A stretch of DNA of 64,000 bases from Dehalococcoidia bacterium (GTDB taxonomy: Bacteria; Chloroflexota; Dehalococcoidia; Lucifugimonadales; UBA3495): contig CBDBDE010000002.1 of the NCBI GenBank assembly GCA_965203675.1, forward strand, positions 600,990-664,989, written 5' to 3'. Shown in pieces: positions 17,938-27,860 of this stretch (position 1 is the stretch's first letter; every line of letters begins with the position of its first letter). Both the position numbers and the translations under genes were made by a program. The notes below the pieces were generated by a model. It was not told the DNA's origin. It worked only from the letters and a program-made list of their open reading frames with translations, and ran no database searches.

Positions 17938-17954
17938 TTAACAATCCGTTAATC
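17938..17954 (+). promoter_or_regulatory. Candidate Pho box (direct hexamer repeat, 11-bp period)
   Basis: 'TTAACAatccgTTAATC' lies about 115 nt upstream of pstS. It matches the Bacillus-type PhoP repeat TT(A/T/C)ACA-N5-TT(A/T/C)ACA in 10 of 12 positions. Confidence 0.35.
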
Positions 17955-18069
17955 TTTTCATAATCGGGGGTTCAAAATCGGGGAGTAACCTACCGGCGTT
18001 GCCCAAGGTAAGCGGAGCCGCCCAAAAGCGGCGACCCTTGTAAGGTAAAGCTAGGAGGTATCTTTCGAT

Positions 18070-20271
18070 ATGAGTGTCCCCGGAGGGAATACCAACCCAC
18101 AGAGGAAACAGCAGCGTCGGCTGCTCATGTTTTCCATACCAACGGCCCTCGTCGCCATTACCCTGGTGATCGTCCTCATTGCCTGCGGCCCGTCCGCCGG
18201 GTCCAATGAACCGGCCGGAGCCACGGACTCAGGTTCTGCGCCTGCCGCCAGTTCCGCGTCTGAGACCTCGTCTTCTGCGGGAATGTCTTCTTCCAGCGGC
18301 GGTTCCTCCTCGATGGCGGCCGGTTCCAGCGGCGGCGCCACCGCCCCCAAGCCCGCTCCGGTTGAGGCCCCCAGCCCCAGCCTCAGCGGCGACATCGCTA
18401 TCGACGGCTCCAGCACCGTCTTCCCCATCACCGAGGCGGTGGCCGAGGAGTTCGGCAACCTGACCGGCGGCAACGTCCGGGTCACGGTGGGCGTCTCGGG
18501 CACCGGCGGCGGCTTCAAGAAGTTCTGCAACTCCGAAACGGTAGTCTCCGACGCCTCCCGCCCGGTCAAGGCCAAGGAAGTCACAATGTGCGGCGACGCC
18601 GGAATCGAGTTCATCGAGCTTCCGGTGGCCATCGACGGGCTGACCGTCATGGTCAACCCCGGCAACGACTTCGTCAGCTGCGTCACCGTCGACGAGCTTC
18701 ATACCGTCTGGGCCCCGGAGGCCGAGGGCGTGGTCACCAACTGGAACCAGGTGCGGGACAGCTTCCCTGACATGGAGCTGGACCTGTACGCTCCCGGAAC
18801 TGCCTCCGGCACCTTCGACTACTTCACCGAGACGGTGAACGACGAAGCGCAGGCCTCCCGGGCGGACATGACCTCCTCCGAGGACGACAACGTCCTGGTG
18901 CAGGGCATCGCCGGCAACAAGGGGAGCATGGGCTACTTCGGATATGCCTACTACGCAGAGAACACCGGCAAGCTCAAGGCCCTGGGCATCGACGGGGGCA
19001 GCGGCTGTGTGGTTCCCACCGACGAGACCATCAACAACGGGAGCTACGCGCCCCTGTCGAGGCCGCTGTTCATCTACGTGCGGAGCGACGTGGCGCAGGA
19101 GCCGCACATCAAGAGCTTCATCGAGTACTACCTGAGCCCGGAGGGGCGGCAGTTGGTGTCCGAAGTTGGGTACATACCCTACCCGGACGAGGTGTACGAC
19201 CTGGCCCTGGTGCGCTTCCAGCAGGGCATCACCGGCACCCTGTTCGGCGGTGAGAACCCACAGAAGGGTCCCGTGGCCGACGTTCTGGCCGGCCGTACCA
19301 CCGCCATGATGGACAAGCCCGCCGGAGAGGCCATGATGATGGACTACTCCAGTCTGAAGGGCGACATCGCTATCGACGGCTCCAGCACCGTCTTCCCCAT
19401 CACCGAGGCCGTGGCCGAGGAGTTCGGCAACCTGACCGGCGGCAACGTCCGGGTCACCGTCGGCGTCTCCGGCACCGGCGGAGGTTTCAAGAAGTTCTGC
19501 AACTCCGAGACGGTTGTCTCCGACGCCTCCCGCCCGGTCAAGGCCAAGGAGGTCGCCATGTGCGGCGACGCCGGCATCGAGTTCATCGAGCTTCCGGTGG
19601 CCATCGACGGACTGACCGTCATGGTCAACCCTGACAACGACTTCGTGAGCTGTGTCACCGTCGACGAGCTTCACACCGTCTGGGCCCCCGAGGCCGAGGG
19701 CGTGGTCACCAACTGGAACCAGGTGCGGGACAGCTTCCCCGACATGGAGCTGGACCTGTACGCTCCCGGAACTGCCTCCGGCACCTTCGACTACTTCACC
19801 GAGACCGTGAACGACGAAGCGCAGGCCTCCCGGGCGGACATGACCTCCTCCGAGGACGACAACGTCCTGGTGCAGGGCATCGCCGGCAACAAGGGGAGCA
19901 TGGGCTACTTCGGATATGCCTACTACGCAGAGAACACCGGCAAGCTCAAGGCCCTGGGCATCGACGGGGGCAGCGGCTGTGTGGTTCCCACCGACGAGAC
20001 CATCAACAACGGGAGCTACGCGCCCCTGTCGAGGCCGCTGTTCATCTACGTGCGGAGCGACGTGGCGCAGGAGCCGCACATCAAGAGCTTCATCGAGTAC
20101 TACCTGAGCCCGGAGGGGCGGCAGTTGGTGTCCGAAGTCGGGTACATACCCTACCCGGACGAGGTGTACGACCTGGCCCTGGTCCGCTTCCAGCAGGGCA
20201 TCACCGGCACCCTGTTCGGCGGTGAGAACCCTCAGAAGGGTCCCGTGGCCGACGTTCTGGCCGGCGGCTAA
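18070..20271 (+). CDS. pstS: Phosphate ABC transporter substrate-binding lipoprotein, tandem double PstS domain
   Basis: AGGAGG RBS. Signal/lipobox '[10 protein letters not shown]', then a low-complexity S/A/G linker, then two complete PstS-like domains ('[23 protein letters not shown]...[12 protein letters not shown]...RPLFIYV') in one 733-aa ORF. Confidence 0.85.
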   Translation: MSVPGGNTNPQRKQQRRLLMFSIPTALVAITLVIVLIACGPSAGSNEPAGATDSGSAPAASSASETSSSAGMSSSSGGSSSMAAGSSGGATAPKPAPVEAPSPSLSGDIAIDGSSTVFPITEAVAEEFGNLTGGNVRVTVGVSGTGGGFKKFCNSETVVSDASRPVKAKEVTMCGDAGIEFIELPVAIDGLTVMVNPGNDFVSCVTVDELHTVWAPEAEGVVTNWNQVRDSFPDMELDLYAPGTASGTFDYFTETVNDEAQASRADMTSSEDDNVLVQGIAGNKGSMGYFGYAYYAENTGKLKALGIDGGSGCVVPTDETINNGSYAPLSRPLFIYVRSDVAQEPHIKSFIEYYLSPEGRQLVSEVGYIPYPDEVYDLALVRFQQGITGTLFGGENPQKGPVADVLAGRTTAMMDKPAGEAMMMDYSSLKGDIAIDGSSTVFPITEAVAEEFGNLTGGNVRVTVGVSGTGGGFKKFCNSETVVSDASRPVKAKEVAMCGDAGIEFIELPVAIDGLTVMVNPDNDFVSCVTVDELHTVWAPEAEGVVTNWNQVRDSFPDMELDLYAPGTASGTFDYFTETVNDEAQASRADMTSSEDDNVLVQGIAGNKGSMGYFGYAYYAENTGKLKALGIDGGSGCVVPTDETINNGSYAPLSRPLFIYVRSDVAQEPHIKSFIEYYLSPEGRQLVSEVGYIPYPDEVYDLALVRFQQGITGTLFGGENPQKGPVADVLAGG
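18388..19293 (+). repeat. PstS-domain repeat copy 1 (906 nt)
   Basis: Aligns without gaps to 19360-20265 at an offset of exactly 972 nt (324 codons). By eye there are roughly two dozen mismatches, most in the first ~385 nt. Confidence 0.95.
19360..20265 (+). repeat. PstS-domain repeat copy 2 (906 nt)
   Basis: See copy 1. Only two amino-acid differences were noted (T/A in 'KEV[T/A]MCG', G/D in 'NP[G/D]NDF'). Confidence 0.95.
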
Positions 20272-20287
20272 ATCACTGCTTGCTAGT

Positions 20288-20345
20288 ATGCCGGGAGGCG
20301 GCACCGGAGCGTCGGAGCTCCCGCTTGATGCCCGCCTCCCGGCAT
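20288..20345 (+). promoter_or_regulatory. Intercistronic stem-loop between pstS and pstC
   Basis: Perfect 14-bp stem, 'atgccgggaggcgg' (20288-20301) with 'ccgcctcccggcat' (20332-20345), enclosing a 30-nt loop. No U-tract follows. Confidence 0.6.
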
Positions 20346-20415
20346 CCCATCCCCCGGGTTGTGCGATAATCCGTCCATGCCAACTCCAAGGCCCGGGAAT
20401 ACTCGAGGAAACGAA

Positions 20416-21375
20416 ATGAGAGTTGACACTGCGGGACGAGCGGAGGATGCCGCCGGCATCAGCCGGATGCTCGATGCCCGGAGCGGCCATCGCTGGCGAC
20501 AGCGGCTCATAGAGAGCGCCATCAAGACGGGCCTCTTTTTCTGCGCCATCCTGTCCATCTTCACCACCGTTGGTATCGTTTCGGTCCTGCTCTTTGAGGC
20601 GATCCTCTTCTTCCAGGAAGTATCCATCCTTGAGTTCCTGGGAAGCACCCGTTGGACCCCGCTGTTTGCATCCAAGCAGTTCGGAATCTGGGCCCTGGTG
20701 TCGGCCACGCTGCTGACCTCCATAGGAGCCATGTTCATCGCCCTTCCCCTGGGACTGCTCAGCGCCATCTATCTTGCCGAGTATGCTCCTGACCAGGTCC
20801 GGAAGGTCGTCAAGCCGGTCCTGGAGGTGCTGGCCGGCATCCCCACCGTGGTCTACGGTTACTTCGCCCTCCTGTTCGTTACCCCCATCCTGCGGGCCAT
20901 CTCGGACGACATTTCCATCTTCAACGGCCTCAGCGCCTCCATCGTCATGGGCATCATGATTCTACCCATGGTCTCCAGCCTCAGCGAGGATGCAATGCAG
21001 GCGGTCCCTCGTTCCCTGCGGGAAGGGGCCTACGCCCTGGGAGCCACCAAGTTGGAGGTTGCCACCAAGGTTGTGGTCCCGGCCGCCCTCTCCGGCATCG
21101 TCGCCGCCTTCATTCTTTCCATGTCCCGGGCCATCGGCGAAACGATGATCGTGACCATCGCCGCCGGACAGAACCCCAAATTCACCTTCAATCCCTTCGT
21201 CCCCATCGAGACCATGACCGCCTACATCGTGCAGGTCAGCATGGGAGACGCTCCCACCGGCAGCCTGGAGTTCAAGACCATCTTCGCGGTGGGATTGAGC
21301 CTCTTTGTCATAACCCTGGCAATGAACCTGTTGAGCCAGTACTTCGTCCGCAGGTTCCGGGAGGAGTACGAATGA
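20416..21375 (+). CDS. pstC: Phosphate ABC transporter permease PstC
   Basis: Multi-TM protein with the ABC permease EAA-type loop ('[25 protein letters not shown]') and operon position after pstS. Start set at ATG 20416 (GAGGAAA RBS). Confidence 0.85.
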   Translation: MRVDTAGRAEDAAGISRMLDARSGHRWRQRLIESAIKTGLFFCAILSIFTTVGIVSVLLFEAILFFQEVSILEFLGSTRWTPLFASKQFGIWALVSATLLTSIGAMFIALPLGLLSAIYLAEYAPDQVRKVVKPVLEVLAGIPTVVYGYFALLFVTPILRAISDDISIFNGLSASIVMGIMILPMVSSLSEDAMQAVPRSLREGAYALGATKLEVATKVVVPAALSGIVAAFILSMSRAIGETMIVTIAAGQNPKFTFNPFVPIETMTAYIVQVSMGDAPTGSLEFKTIFAVGLSLFVITLAMNLLSQYFVRRFREEYE

Positions 21376-21463
21376 TTTCTTGCCTGATCTCCCGCCGCCT
21401 TCGCTCCCGGCGTGGGCAACTTGTCTTTGGGCAGCTTGTTTAAGGAAGCTGGAGGCTCGACTA

Positions 21464-22348
21464 ATGGCCATAATCACCCAGGCCGAGTTTCAGAGGCGCA
21501 AGCGTTCCCGGCAGGTCAAGGGGCAGATTTTCTACGTCCTCTGCCTGCTCTCAATTCTAATCGGCGTCGGGATGCTGGCCGCCCTGCTGTACAACATAAT
21601 TTCCGACGGGATAACCCGGGTCAACTGGGACTTCCTCAACAGCTTCCCCTCCCGCCACGCCGATCAGGCCGGCATCAAGGCCGCCCTGCTGGGCAGCATC
21701 TACGTCGTGGGCCTGGCCGGAGTGTTGGCCTTCACCCTGGGGGTCGGAGCTGCCATCTATCTTGAGGAATACGCGGCCCGCAGTTGGTTCGCCCGGATCA
21801 TCCAGGTGAACATCGCCAACCTGGCCGGCGTCCCGTCCATTGTCTACGGCATCCTGGGGCTGGAAATATTCGTCCGCATCATGATGATGGGCAAGAGCGT
21901 CCTGGCTGGAGGCCTCACCCTGGCCCTGCTGGTTCTGCCCATAGTGATCATCGCCGCCCAGGAAGCCATCCGCGCCGTTCCTCCGTCCCTCCGGGAGGGA
22001 GGCTTCGCCCTTGGGGCCACCCGGTGGCAGGTGATCCGCACCCTGGTGCTGCCCTACGCCTTCCCCGGGATCCTTACCGGAGTCATCCTTGCCGTCAGCC
22101 GGGCTGTGGGCGAGACGGCTCCTCTCATCGTAATGGGAGCCTTGACCTTCGTTCCCTTCGCTCCCGACGGCCCGTTGAGCCCCTTCACCGTCCTTCCCAT
22201 CCAGATTTTCAACTGGGTTTCCCGGCCCCAGGAAGACTTCCACACCGCCGCCGCCGCGGGAATCATCGTCCTGCTGGTGGTCCTGCTGACCATGAACGCA
22301 TTGGCGGTATTCCTGCGCAACAAGTTCCAGAAGCGGTCCGAGATCTAA
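21464..22348 (+). CDS. pstA: Phosphate ABC transporter permease PstA
   Basis: 'QEAIRAVPPSLREGGFALGATRWQVI' permease loop and operon position. Start at ATG 21464 with GGAGG RBS. Confidence 0.85.
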   Translation: MAIITQAEFQRRKRSRQVKGQIFYVLCLLSILIGVGMLAALLYNIISDGITRVNWDFLNSFPSRHADQAGIKAALLGSIYVVGLAGVLAFTLGVGAAIYLEEYAARSWFARIIQVNIANLAGVPSIVYGILGLEIFVRIMMMGKSVLAGGLTLALLVLPIVIIAAQEAIRAVPPSLREGGFALGATRWQVIRTLVLPYAFPGILTGVILAVSRAVGETAPLIVMGALTFVPFAPDGPLSPFTVLPIQIFNWVSRPQEDFHTAAAAGIIVLLVVLLTMNALAVFLRNKFQKRSEI

Positions 22349-22379
22349 CTTAGAAGCGTAATTCAGAGGTCTAAACTTC

Positions 22380-23159
22380 ATGATTCAAGCAGCCACCGAC
22401 CTGATCATCGAAGCCAGCGGCGTTTCCGTCTATTACGCCGAGAAGCCGGCGGTCAGGGACATCAACCTGAATATCGAGCGCAACAGGATAACCGCCCTCA
22501 TCGGCCCATCCGGGTGCGGCAAGACCACCCTGCTGCGGTCCTTCAACCGCATGAACGACTTGGTCCCCATCGCCCGCACCGAGGGCCGGATTCTATTCGA
22601 GGGCGAGGACCTCTACTCGCCCTTCGTCGACCCTACCGAAATCCGGTACAAGATTGGCATGGTGTTCCAGCGCCCCAACCCCTTCCCCAAGAGCATCTAC
22701 GACAACATTGCCTTCGGGCCCCGCATCAACGGGTTCCGGGGCAACATGGACGAGCTGGTGGAACGCTCGCTGCGGGGAGCCGCCCTGTGGGACGAGGTCA
22801 AGGACCGCCTCCGTGCCAGCGGCCTGTCTCTGTCCGGCGGTCAGCAGCAGCGGCTGTGCATCGCCCGCACCCTGGCGGTGGAACCCACCGTCATCCTGAT
22901 GGACGAACCCTGCTCGGCCCTGGACCCCATCGCCACCCTGGCCATCGAGGACCTGATGCGGGAGTTGTCCCAGCAATACTCCATCATCATCGTCACCCAC
23001 AACATGCAGCAGGCGGCCCGCGTGTCCGACTACACCGCCTTCATAACTGCCGACGAGAGGCGCATCGGAGAGCTGGTGGAGTACGGGGAGACCGGGCAGA
23101 TTTTCACCAATCCCAGGGATGAACGCACCGAGGCGTACATAACGGGAAGATTCGGATAA
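22380..23159 (+). CDS. pstB: Phosphate ABC transporter ATP-binding protein PstB
   Basis: 'GPSGCGKTT' Walker A, '[16 protein letters not shown]' signature, '[12 protein letters not shown]' Walker B. PstB-typical '[19 protein letters not shown]'. Confidence 0.9.
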   Translation: MIQAATDLIIEASGVSVYYAEKPAVRDINLNIERNRITALIGPSGCGKTTLLRSFNRMNDLVPIARTEGRILFEGEDLYSPFVDPTEIRYKIGMVFQRPNPFPKSIYDNIAFGPRINGFRGNMDELVERSLRGAALWDEVKDRLRASGLSLSGGQQQRLCIARTLAVEPTVILMDEPCSALDPIATLAIEDLMRELSQQYSIIIVTHNMQQAARVSDYTAFITADERRIGELVEYGETGQIFTNPRDERTEAYITGRFG

Positions 23160-23201
23160 TCTATTGGGGCCGAAAGCGGCGGGATTTAGGAAGGAAAGGC
23201 T

Positions 23202-23396
23202 ATGTTCAAGTTGAAGGGATGCCCCCGCTGCGGCGGTGATTTGCGGGAAGAACGGGACAAGTACGGGGCCTATGACATCTGTCTCCAGTGCGGGTTTCAC
23301 CAGAGCGACAGCGCCGATGTGTCCCCTCCCGTTCTTCCCCTGGTTAGCAGGCGGGGGCGGCCCAGGAAGGTAGCTTCCGAACCCGTGGCAAACTGA
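23202..23396 (+). CDS. Small zinc-ribbon protein with AT-hook-like tail
   Basis: 64 aa. Two CxxC knuckles ('CPRCGG' and 'CLQCGF'), C-terminal 'RRGRPRK' (GRP core of AT-hooks), reasonable GC3, GGAAGGAAAGG RBS. Located between pstB and phoU. Confidence 0.5.
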   Translation: MFKLKGCPRCGGDLREERDKYGAYDICLQCGFHQSDSADVSPPVLPLVSRRGRPRKVASEPVAN

Positions 23397-23494
23397 CCCC
23401 GGCACTCTGGCGTTGGCCGGACATTCGGCCTGGGAAACCGGCGGCTCCCCATAACATGCCATTGGATTTGAAACGGGTCTCCTGAGGAGTAGTT

Positions 23495-24187
23495 ATGATT
23501 AGGGCAGATTTCAACCGCAGCCTGAAGCGACTGGAAAGCGAACTGATTGTCCTGGGCAAGCTGGTTGAGGGAGCGGTGGAAAAGTCCGTTATCTCCCTTA
23601 AGGACAGGGACCTGGAGACATCCAAGGTCGTCATCGCTGAGGACGACATAATCGACCTGAAGCGCTTCGAGCTGGAGGACCAGTGCGTCCATCTCGTGGC
23701 TACCCAGCAGCCTCTGGCCACCGACCTGCGTACCATAATCACCGTCCTCCACGTTTCCGTGGAGCTTGAGCGCATCGGCGACTACGCTGAGGGCATCGCC
23801 AAAATCAGCCTGATGATGGGCAACGAGCCTCCCCTCAAGCCCCTGATCGACATCCCCCGCATGGCCAACTGTTCCATCGATATGATGCACCGGGGCATGG
23901 ACGCGCTGATCCGTGCCATCGACGCCGAAGAAGATGTGGAGTCTATCAAGCAGGACGCCTTGAAGGTCTGCGACGACGATGACGAGGTGGACAGCCTCTA
24001 TGACCAGGTCTACCGGGAACTCTTGCTCTTCATGATGCAGGACCCCCAGGCCATCCAGCGGGCCACCTACCTGCTGTGGGTAGCCCACAACCTGGAGCGC
24101 ATCGCCGACCGGGCTACCAACATCGCGGAACGGGTCATATATCTCGTTACCGGCAGCCTTTCCAAGGTCAATGCCTCTAGGTACTAG
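23495..24187 (+). CDS. phoU: Phosphate signalling complex protein PhoU
   Basis: 230 aa with two PhoU repeats carrying the conserved 'ERIGDYAEGIAK' and 'LERIADRATNIAE' motifs. GAGGAG RBS. Confidence 0.9.
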   Translation: MIRADFNRSLKRLESELIVLGKLVEGAVEKSVISLKDRDLETSKVVIAEDDIIDLKRFELEDQCVHLVATQQPLATDLRTIITVLHVSVELERIGDYAEGIAKISLMMGNEPPLKPLIDIPRMANCSIDMMHRGMDALIRAIDAEEDVESIKQDALKVCDDDDEVDSLYDQVYRELLLFMMQDPQAIQRATYLLWVAHNLERIADRATNIAERVIYLVTGSLSKVNASRY

Positions 24188-24238
24188 CCCCGGTACCGGG
24201 ACTTCCCTTCCTGCTCGGCTTCCTGACGCACCTTGACC

Positions 24239-24967
24239 ATGCTCAGACGCTGCCTCGCCGAATTCGTCGCCACCTTCGGCCTCGTCTTCGTCTCCGCCGG
24301 CGTCGTGATGGCCGACGCCCTCTCTGTAGGCGCCGTCGGACACCTGGCCATTAGCCTGGCCCCCGGATTGATGGTCGCCGCCATGATCTACGCCACCGGG
24401 CACATCTGCGGGGCCCACATGAATCCCGCCATCACCCTTGCCTTTGCCCTGTCCGACCGCTTCCCCTGGCGTGACGTCCCCGTCTACTGGGCCGTGCAGT
24501 TTGCCGCCGGAATCGCCGCCGGCCTGGCCCTGCGGGGAATCATGGGGGACGTGGGAGGAATGGGAGCGACGCTGCCGTCCGTCGACGTTTTCCGCGGTGC
24601 GGCGGTGGAATTTGGGTTGACCTTCTTCCTCGCCCTGGTGGTCATGGCCGTCGCCACCGACAGTCGGGCCGAGGGCCCCGGCGCCGCCTTCGCCATTGGA
24701 GGCATCGTCGCCCTGGAGATTATGGTCGCCGGACCGGTTTCCGGAGCTTCCATGAACCCGGCCCGCTCCCTCGGCCCTGCCCTGGCCGCCCTCAACTGGG
24801 AAGCCCACTGGATCTACTGGGTGGGCCCCACCGCCGGGGCTGCCGCTGCGGCCCTCTTCTACCGCTTCGTCCGCCAACCTGAGCCCCGCAGCGAAACGGT
24901 TGCACCCCAGCCTGCTCCTGGACCCTCGGGCGCACCCACACCCGATCCAGTCCCCGGCGAGGACTAG
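24239..24967 (+). CDS. MIP/aquaporin family channel
   Basis: Two NPA boxes ('GAHMNPAITLAF', 'GASMNPARSLGPA') in a 6-TM protein. ATG 24239 was preferred over the TTG at 24233. Confidence 0.85.
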   Translation: MLRRCLAEFVATFGLVFVSAGVVMADALSVGAVGHLAISLAPGLMVAAMIYATGHICGAHMNPAITLAFALSDRFPWRDVPVYWAVQFAAGIAAGLALRGIMGDVGGMGATLPSVDVFRGAAVEFGLTFFLALVVMAVATDSRAEGPGAAFAIGGIVALEIMVAGPVSGASMNPARSLGPALAALNWEAHWIYWVGPTAGAAAAALFYRFVRQPEPRSETVAPQPAPGPSGAPTPDPVPGED

Positions 24968-25716
24968 CCCTTGGGCATGAAGAACTCCCGCGTCCCGTCC
25001 TCGAATCCCGGGATAACCGTGGGAGTCACCCCTTCGCTGCCCAGCGCCGCCGTCACGATGCTCTTGTTGAAGACGCTGACTTCCTCGGAGCCAAGGAAGT
25101 CGTCCACCGGCAGCCACCGGCAGTCCTCGATCTCGTCTTCCTGCATCGTGATGTCCTGGCTCAGTGGGTGCAGCCGGCACACGAAGTAGATGTCCGACTT
25201 GCCGTACCGGTAACCGTGCCAGTGCCGGAAGCACACCAGCGCATCGAACCGGGTGTGTACACCCGTCTCCTCCAGCACCTCCCGGATGACCGCATCCTCC
25301 AGATGCTCCCCGGGCTGCAGCGCCCCTCCCGGCAGCTTGTAGAAGGGAGGCTGCCCCGGATTGCGATGCCTCTCGCACACCACCAGCAGCTCCCGCTGCC
25401 GGTTCAGCACCACTCCCCCGGCGCCTATGTAGTGTGTCGCGTAGGGCGGGATGAAGGCGCTATCCACCAGCCGCAGCGACATCATCACATATTCTTCCCC
25501 GGAATGATGGAACCGGAAGCCGGCTGCCGCGGCCGCTGGAATAACCGCCGTCCTGGCCAGGGGGACCTCCAGCCACACCGCCAGCAGCCCCTGGTCCCGC
25601 CACGCCGCCAGGGACTCCTCCAGCCGCGCTCCAAACTCCCCCGCGTCCTCCGGCAGCCACTCCGGGTCCACCACCACCCCCCGGAATTGATTGACGGCCG
25701 CCGCGAGAATAGCCAT
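24964..25716 (-). CDS. NUDIX hydrolase with N-terminal accessory domain
   Basis: Nudix box 'GGALQPGEHLEDAVIREVLEETG'. Convergent 4-nt overlap with the aquaporin gene. Confidence 0.8.
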   Translation of the reverse strand: MAILAAAVNQFRGVVVDPEWLPEDAGEFGARLEESLAAWRDQGLLAVWLEVPLARTAVIPAAAAAGFRFHHSGEEYVMMSLRLVDSAFIPPYATHYIGAGGVVLNRQRELLVVCERHRNPGQPPFYKLPGGALQPGEHLEDAVIREVLEETGVHTRFDALVCFRHWHGYRYGKSDIYFVCRLHPLSQDITMQEDEIEDCRWLPVDDFLGSEEVSVFNKSIVTAALGSEGVTPTVIPGFEDGTREFFMPKG

Positions 25717-25943
25717 TGCCGGACCTCCGAGTTAACCCTGGCGGGCGGGGAAATTGCCCTGGAACACTTGCTCCCGGGGACGGCCAAGTATAGCACGGGT
25801 CAGCCTGGACTCTGCCGGAACACTGCCGCACTTGCTCATCCCTCCAACTCGACCGTCGCCGCTTGGGACACGCTCCCGCCCAACCCGTATAATTGGAATT
25901 AAATGTCCTTTCTACACTGATTAACCCCGACCAAGTGATTGCC

Positions 25944-26936
25944 ATGACTACCAAGCCCGACATCAAGTCCCAACCTCAACCCTCGGAACGGCCCCGCCCG
26001 AAATATCTCTGGCACGGCGGCGAACTCGTTGAATGGGACCAGGCCACCGTCCACATCTCCATGATGGGCTGGACTTCCATCTCCTCCGTCTTCGAAGGAA
26101 TCCGCGCCTACTGGAACGAGGAACAGGAGCAGCTCTTCGTCTTCCACCTCGACGCCCACCTCAAGCGCCTGTACCAGTCCATGAAAATCATGCGGATGGA
26201 CTGCCTCTATTCCCTGGAACAGCTCACGGATGCCATTACCGGACTGCTGGAGGCCAACGACTTCCGCGCCGACGCCTACGTCCAGCCCTTGGCCTACTTC
26301 ACCGGCGGCATCCCAGGCTACCAGGCCGTCTGGGAAGACCCCGCCGAGGTCGTTATTACCCCCCGTCTTGCCCCCTCCAACCTGGGATCGGGGAAGCTGG
26401 CCCACTGCAACGTCAGCAGTTGGAACCGCATCTCGGACAACGTGATGCCGCCCCGCGCCAAGGCCATCAGCAACTACCAGAACAGCCGCTACGTCTCCAC
26501 CGAGTCCAGGGTCAACGGATACGACTACGGCATCATCCTCAACCAGCAGGGCAAGGTGGCCGAGGCCAGCTACGCCTGTATCTTCATCATCCGGGACGGC
26601 GTCGCCATCACCCCGCCCGTCAGCGCCGGTATCCTGGAAAGCATCACCCGCGAGACCGCCCGCGAGCTGCTGGAAAACGAACTCGATGTGCCCGTCCTGG
26701 AGCGGGATGTGGAGCGCACCGAGCTCTACATCGCCGACGAGGTCTTCCTCTGCGGCACCGCTGTTGAAGTCCAGCCCGTGGTCAGCGTCGACCGCTACCG
26801 GGTCGGAGACGGGGAGACCGGTCCCATCGTCTCCCGTCTGGAAGCGCTGTTCCACCAGGTGACCCGGGGCAATCACCCCACTTACTCCCACTGGCTCCAC
26901 CCCGTTTATTCCCCGGGCATGAAGGAGACGCCATGA
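25944..26936 (+). CDS. Class IV aminotransferase (branched-chain amino acid aminotransferase-like)
   Basis: 'EGIRAYWNEEQEQLFVFHLDAHLKRLYQS' and 'EASYACIFIIRDGVAITPP..AGILESITRE' are typical fold-type IV PLP enzyme segments. Confidence 0.8.
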   Translation: MTTKPDIKSQPQPSERPRPKYLWHGGELVEWDQATVHISMMGWTSISSVFEGIRAYWNEEQEQLFVFHLDAHLKRLYQSMKIMRMDCLYSLEQLTDAITGLLEANDFRADAYVQPLAYFTGGIPGYQAVWEDPAEVVITPRLAPSNLGSGKLAHCNVSSWNRISDNVMPPRAKAISNYQNSRYVSTESRVNGYDYGIILNQQGKVAEASYACIFIIRDGVAITPPVSAGILESITRETARELLENELDVPVLERDVERTELYIADEVFLCGTAVEVQPVVSVDRYRVGDGETGPIVSRLEALFHQVTRGNHPTYSHWLHPVYSPGMKETP

Positions 26937-27817
26937 AGCCCGCCGACCTGGACGCCTTCTGGCAGGACACCCTGGACGAGTTGGGGAAGACCGCCCCCAA
27001 CCCGAGGCTCACCGAGTTGCCCGATCAGACCCACCGCGAGTTCATCACCAGCGCCGTCACCCTGGACAGCTTCGGTGGACAGCGCATCCGGGGCTGGTAT
27101 TCGGTCCCGGCCCACTCTTTCGGCCGGCCGGCCCCCGCCATCCTCGCCGTCCCCGGCTACGGCGGCGCCAAGGCCATTCCTTTAAACCTGGCCCTGGCCG
27201 GATACGCCGTCCTCACCCTCTTTCCCCGGGGTCAGGGGGAGAGCCTCCAGGACTGGCAGGTGGACCCGGGAACAACCAAGCTGACTCACCGGCTGGGCGA
27301 CAAGGACCGGTACTACTACCGGGCCGCTTTCATGGACTGCGTCCGGGGCATTGACTTCCTCAGTTCCCGCGCCGAGGTTGACTCTGCCCGCATCGGGATG
27401 TGGAGCCGTAGCCAGGGAGGCGGGTTCACCCTGACCACGGCCTCCCTCGACCCTCGCCTGAGCGCGGCTGTGGCCGAGGAACCCTTCCTCTGCGACTACC
27501 CTGAGTCCGTCGGAATCACCACCAGCCCCTACTGCGAACTCACCGACTACATGGCCGCTCACCCGGACCGCCGACAACAGGCAATGGAGATGCTGGCCTA
27601 CTTCGACCCCATCAACCTCGTGGATCGGATAACCTGTCCCACCCTGGTCAACATCGGCATGGATGACCCGGTGTGCCCCTTCCGCACCATCATGCCGGTG
27701 TTCGAGCGGATTACCTGCCTCAAGTCCCTGTCCGTTTACCCGGGCTTGGCCCACTCTCCCTGCGCCGACTTCAACCAGCAGGCCATGGACTGGCTTCGCC
27801 GCCACCTCGGCGGCTAG
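26933..27817 (+). CDS. Acetylxylan esterase / cephalosporin-C deacetylase family (AXE1) alpha/beta hydrolase
   Basis: N-terminal 'PADLDAFWQDTLDEL', 'VPGYGG' and nucleophile elbow 'WSRSQGGG'. ATGA overlap with the upstream gene. Confidence 0.75.
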   Translation: MKPADLDAFWQDTLDELGKTAPNPRLTELPDQTHREFITSAVTLDSFGGQRIRGWYSVPAHSFGRPAPAILAVPGYGGAKAIPLNLALAGYAVLTLFPRGQGESLQDWQVDPGTTKLTHRLGDKDRYYYRAAFMDCVRGIDFLSSRAEVDSARIGMWSRSQGGGFTLTTASLDPRLSAAVAEEPFLCDYPESVGITTSPYCELTDYMAAHPDRRQQAMEMLAYFDPINLVDRITCPTLVNIGMDDPVCPFRTIMPVFERITCLKSLSVYPGLAHSPCADFNQQAMDWLRRHLGG

Positions 27818-27860
27818 CCTTTCATCTTCCGCCCCTGACCCGAACGGAGGCCATTTCGCC

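Noticed and set aside
18229-20490. 753-aa ORF on the minus strand opposite pstS. The same applies to 58252-61272 (1006 aa), 23297-25378 (693 aa), 51985-53853 (622 aa), 33416-35341 (641 aa), 36106-37605 (499 aa) and 29879-30964 (361 aa).
   Set aside because: These are shadow ORFs typical of high-GC DNA. Their translations are Gly/Arg/Pro/Val/His-rich low-complexity sequence without motifs, and each lies antisense to a gene with clear family signatures and an RBS.
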